The notes under the pieces are model-generated. The model saw nothing but the letters and a program-made list of their open reading frames with translations. It did not search any database and was not told the origin of the DNA. DNA of 52,120 nt, the filler included, from Sphacelaria rigidula (lineage: Eukaryota), in NCBI GenBank assembly GCA_964200075.2. It is 4 parts of 4 records of this genome, joined end to end, with 100 filler letters (N's around TTAATTAATTAA, not from the genome) between each part and the next. Parts side by side here need not be neighbours in the genome. Positions count along the whole stretch, not along the records: positions 39,170 to 52,120 come from CAXNAA020003271.1; 3 more parts are not named here. The stretch is one strand, 5' to 3'. Position 1 is the stretch's first letter; each line of letters opens with the position of its first letter. Positions 51,302-52,120 of the stretch are shown here, piece after piece. The position numbers were made by a program, and so were the translations under genes.

Positions 51302-52120
51302 TGACATTAGGGGTTCAAATTAATATTTTCTGATTGCTCTTTGTTGTTTCCCTCGGTACCTTACTTGTATCCGCAAATTCGTGTGTGGCCTCGAATGAGC
51401 TATCGCACAAGACGTGCACCCCTACCGCGCCGTAGGGGTGCAGTGTGAATCCCTGCTCGCAGACGATATGGTACGCCGCACTATCGTCGCACCTGCATGC
51501 AGAGAAAGAAGAAAGTCGGCATCACACGCGGACGTTCATCTTGCATTCCAACACTGTGTGCTGTTGTACTGCATGTGTTTCGCGCATTTTGGAATGCCGT
51601 TCCGCGATGTCCGATTGTCCCACCCCTGCCTCATTCAGGTACCGGCGCGGAATCCACCGCCGCCGCCGCTTCCTTGGCACTTCGGAGGGAAGTTCATGGG
51701 ATCGGGGATTAACGCTGTCGCCAGGTATGACGCTGCCAAAGAATGTGAATCGCGGAAGAGACAGCGGAGGCTATACGGGGGTAGTGGATCGGGGGCGGAC
51801 ACAGGATCTCCGGCGGCGGCTGTGCACGTCGAGGCAGATACGAATCTCCCGACCAGCGGAGTCGGAACGGCGGGATCGGCCGACACAGCGTCCTCCAAAG
51901 GTCCCAGCGTCGAGCGCAATGGAGTGGGGGGCGCTGGTGATACGATCGCGGCGGGGCCCGCCGGGGCGGGTGTGGACCCTGCATCGAGCGGGGCTGGCGG
52001 AGCGGACGCAACTGGTGATCCCCCGTCCCATGCAGTGGGCAAGGGATCTGGGACATGCGGTGTAGGCGGCGCCGGTGGTGCGGTCGTATCTGTAGGCGCG
52101 CGGGGGGGGGGGGGGGGGGG

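Noticed and set aside
51415-51442. 11-bp GC-rich stem-loop as a Helitron 3' hairpin or terminator
   Set aside because: No CTRR end at the expected distance on either strand; intrinsic terminators do not apply to this eukaryotic DNA.
51445-52065. Overlapping 86-206 aa ORFs at the window end
   Set aside because: GC-rich, low complexity, open in several frames, no recognisable motifs.

Overview
Eukaryotic, intron-rich DNA. Spliceosomal introns of about 0.2-3.3 kb, GC-rich exons, the repeat families and the TTAGGG-type repeats suggest a brown alga (Phaeophyceae); that taxon call is inference. The window is not one locus. It is four contigs of near-identical, decreasing length (12958, 12956, 12955 and 12951 bp) joined by an artificial 100-nt linker (N44-TTAATTAATTAA-N44). 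Contig 1 carries the 3' part (13 exons, ~1812 aa) of a large SF1/ZNFX1-like helicase end - NFX1-like Zn finger - triple CbbX/SpoVK-type AAA+ gene with two GC-AG introns. Contig 2 has two 5' exons of an alpha/beta hydrolase. Contig 3 has a complete 8-exon PP2C phosphatase with one GC-AG intron. Contig 4 has the last exon of SDHAF4, several foldback/inverted repeats, and a decayed ~2.5 kb intronless frame with OTU-like and DUF5763-like motifs next to a ~235-bp hairpin. tRNA-derived SINE copies and other dispersed repeats occur throughout. All domain assignments come from motif recognition by eye; no searches were run.
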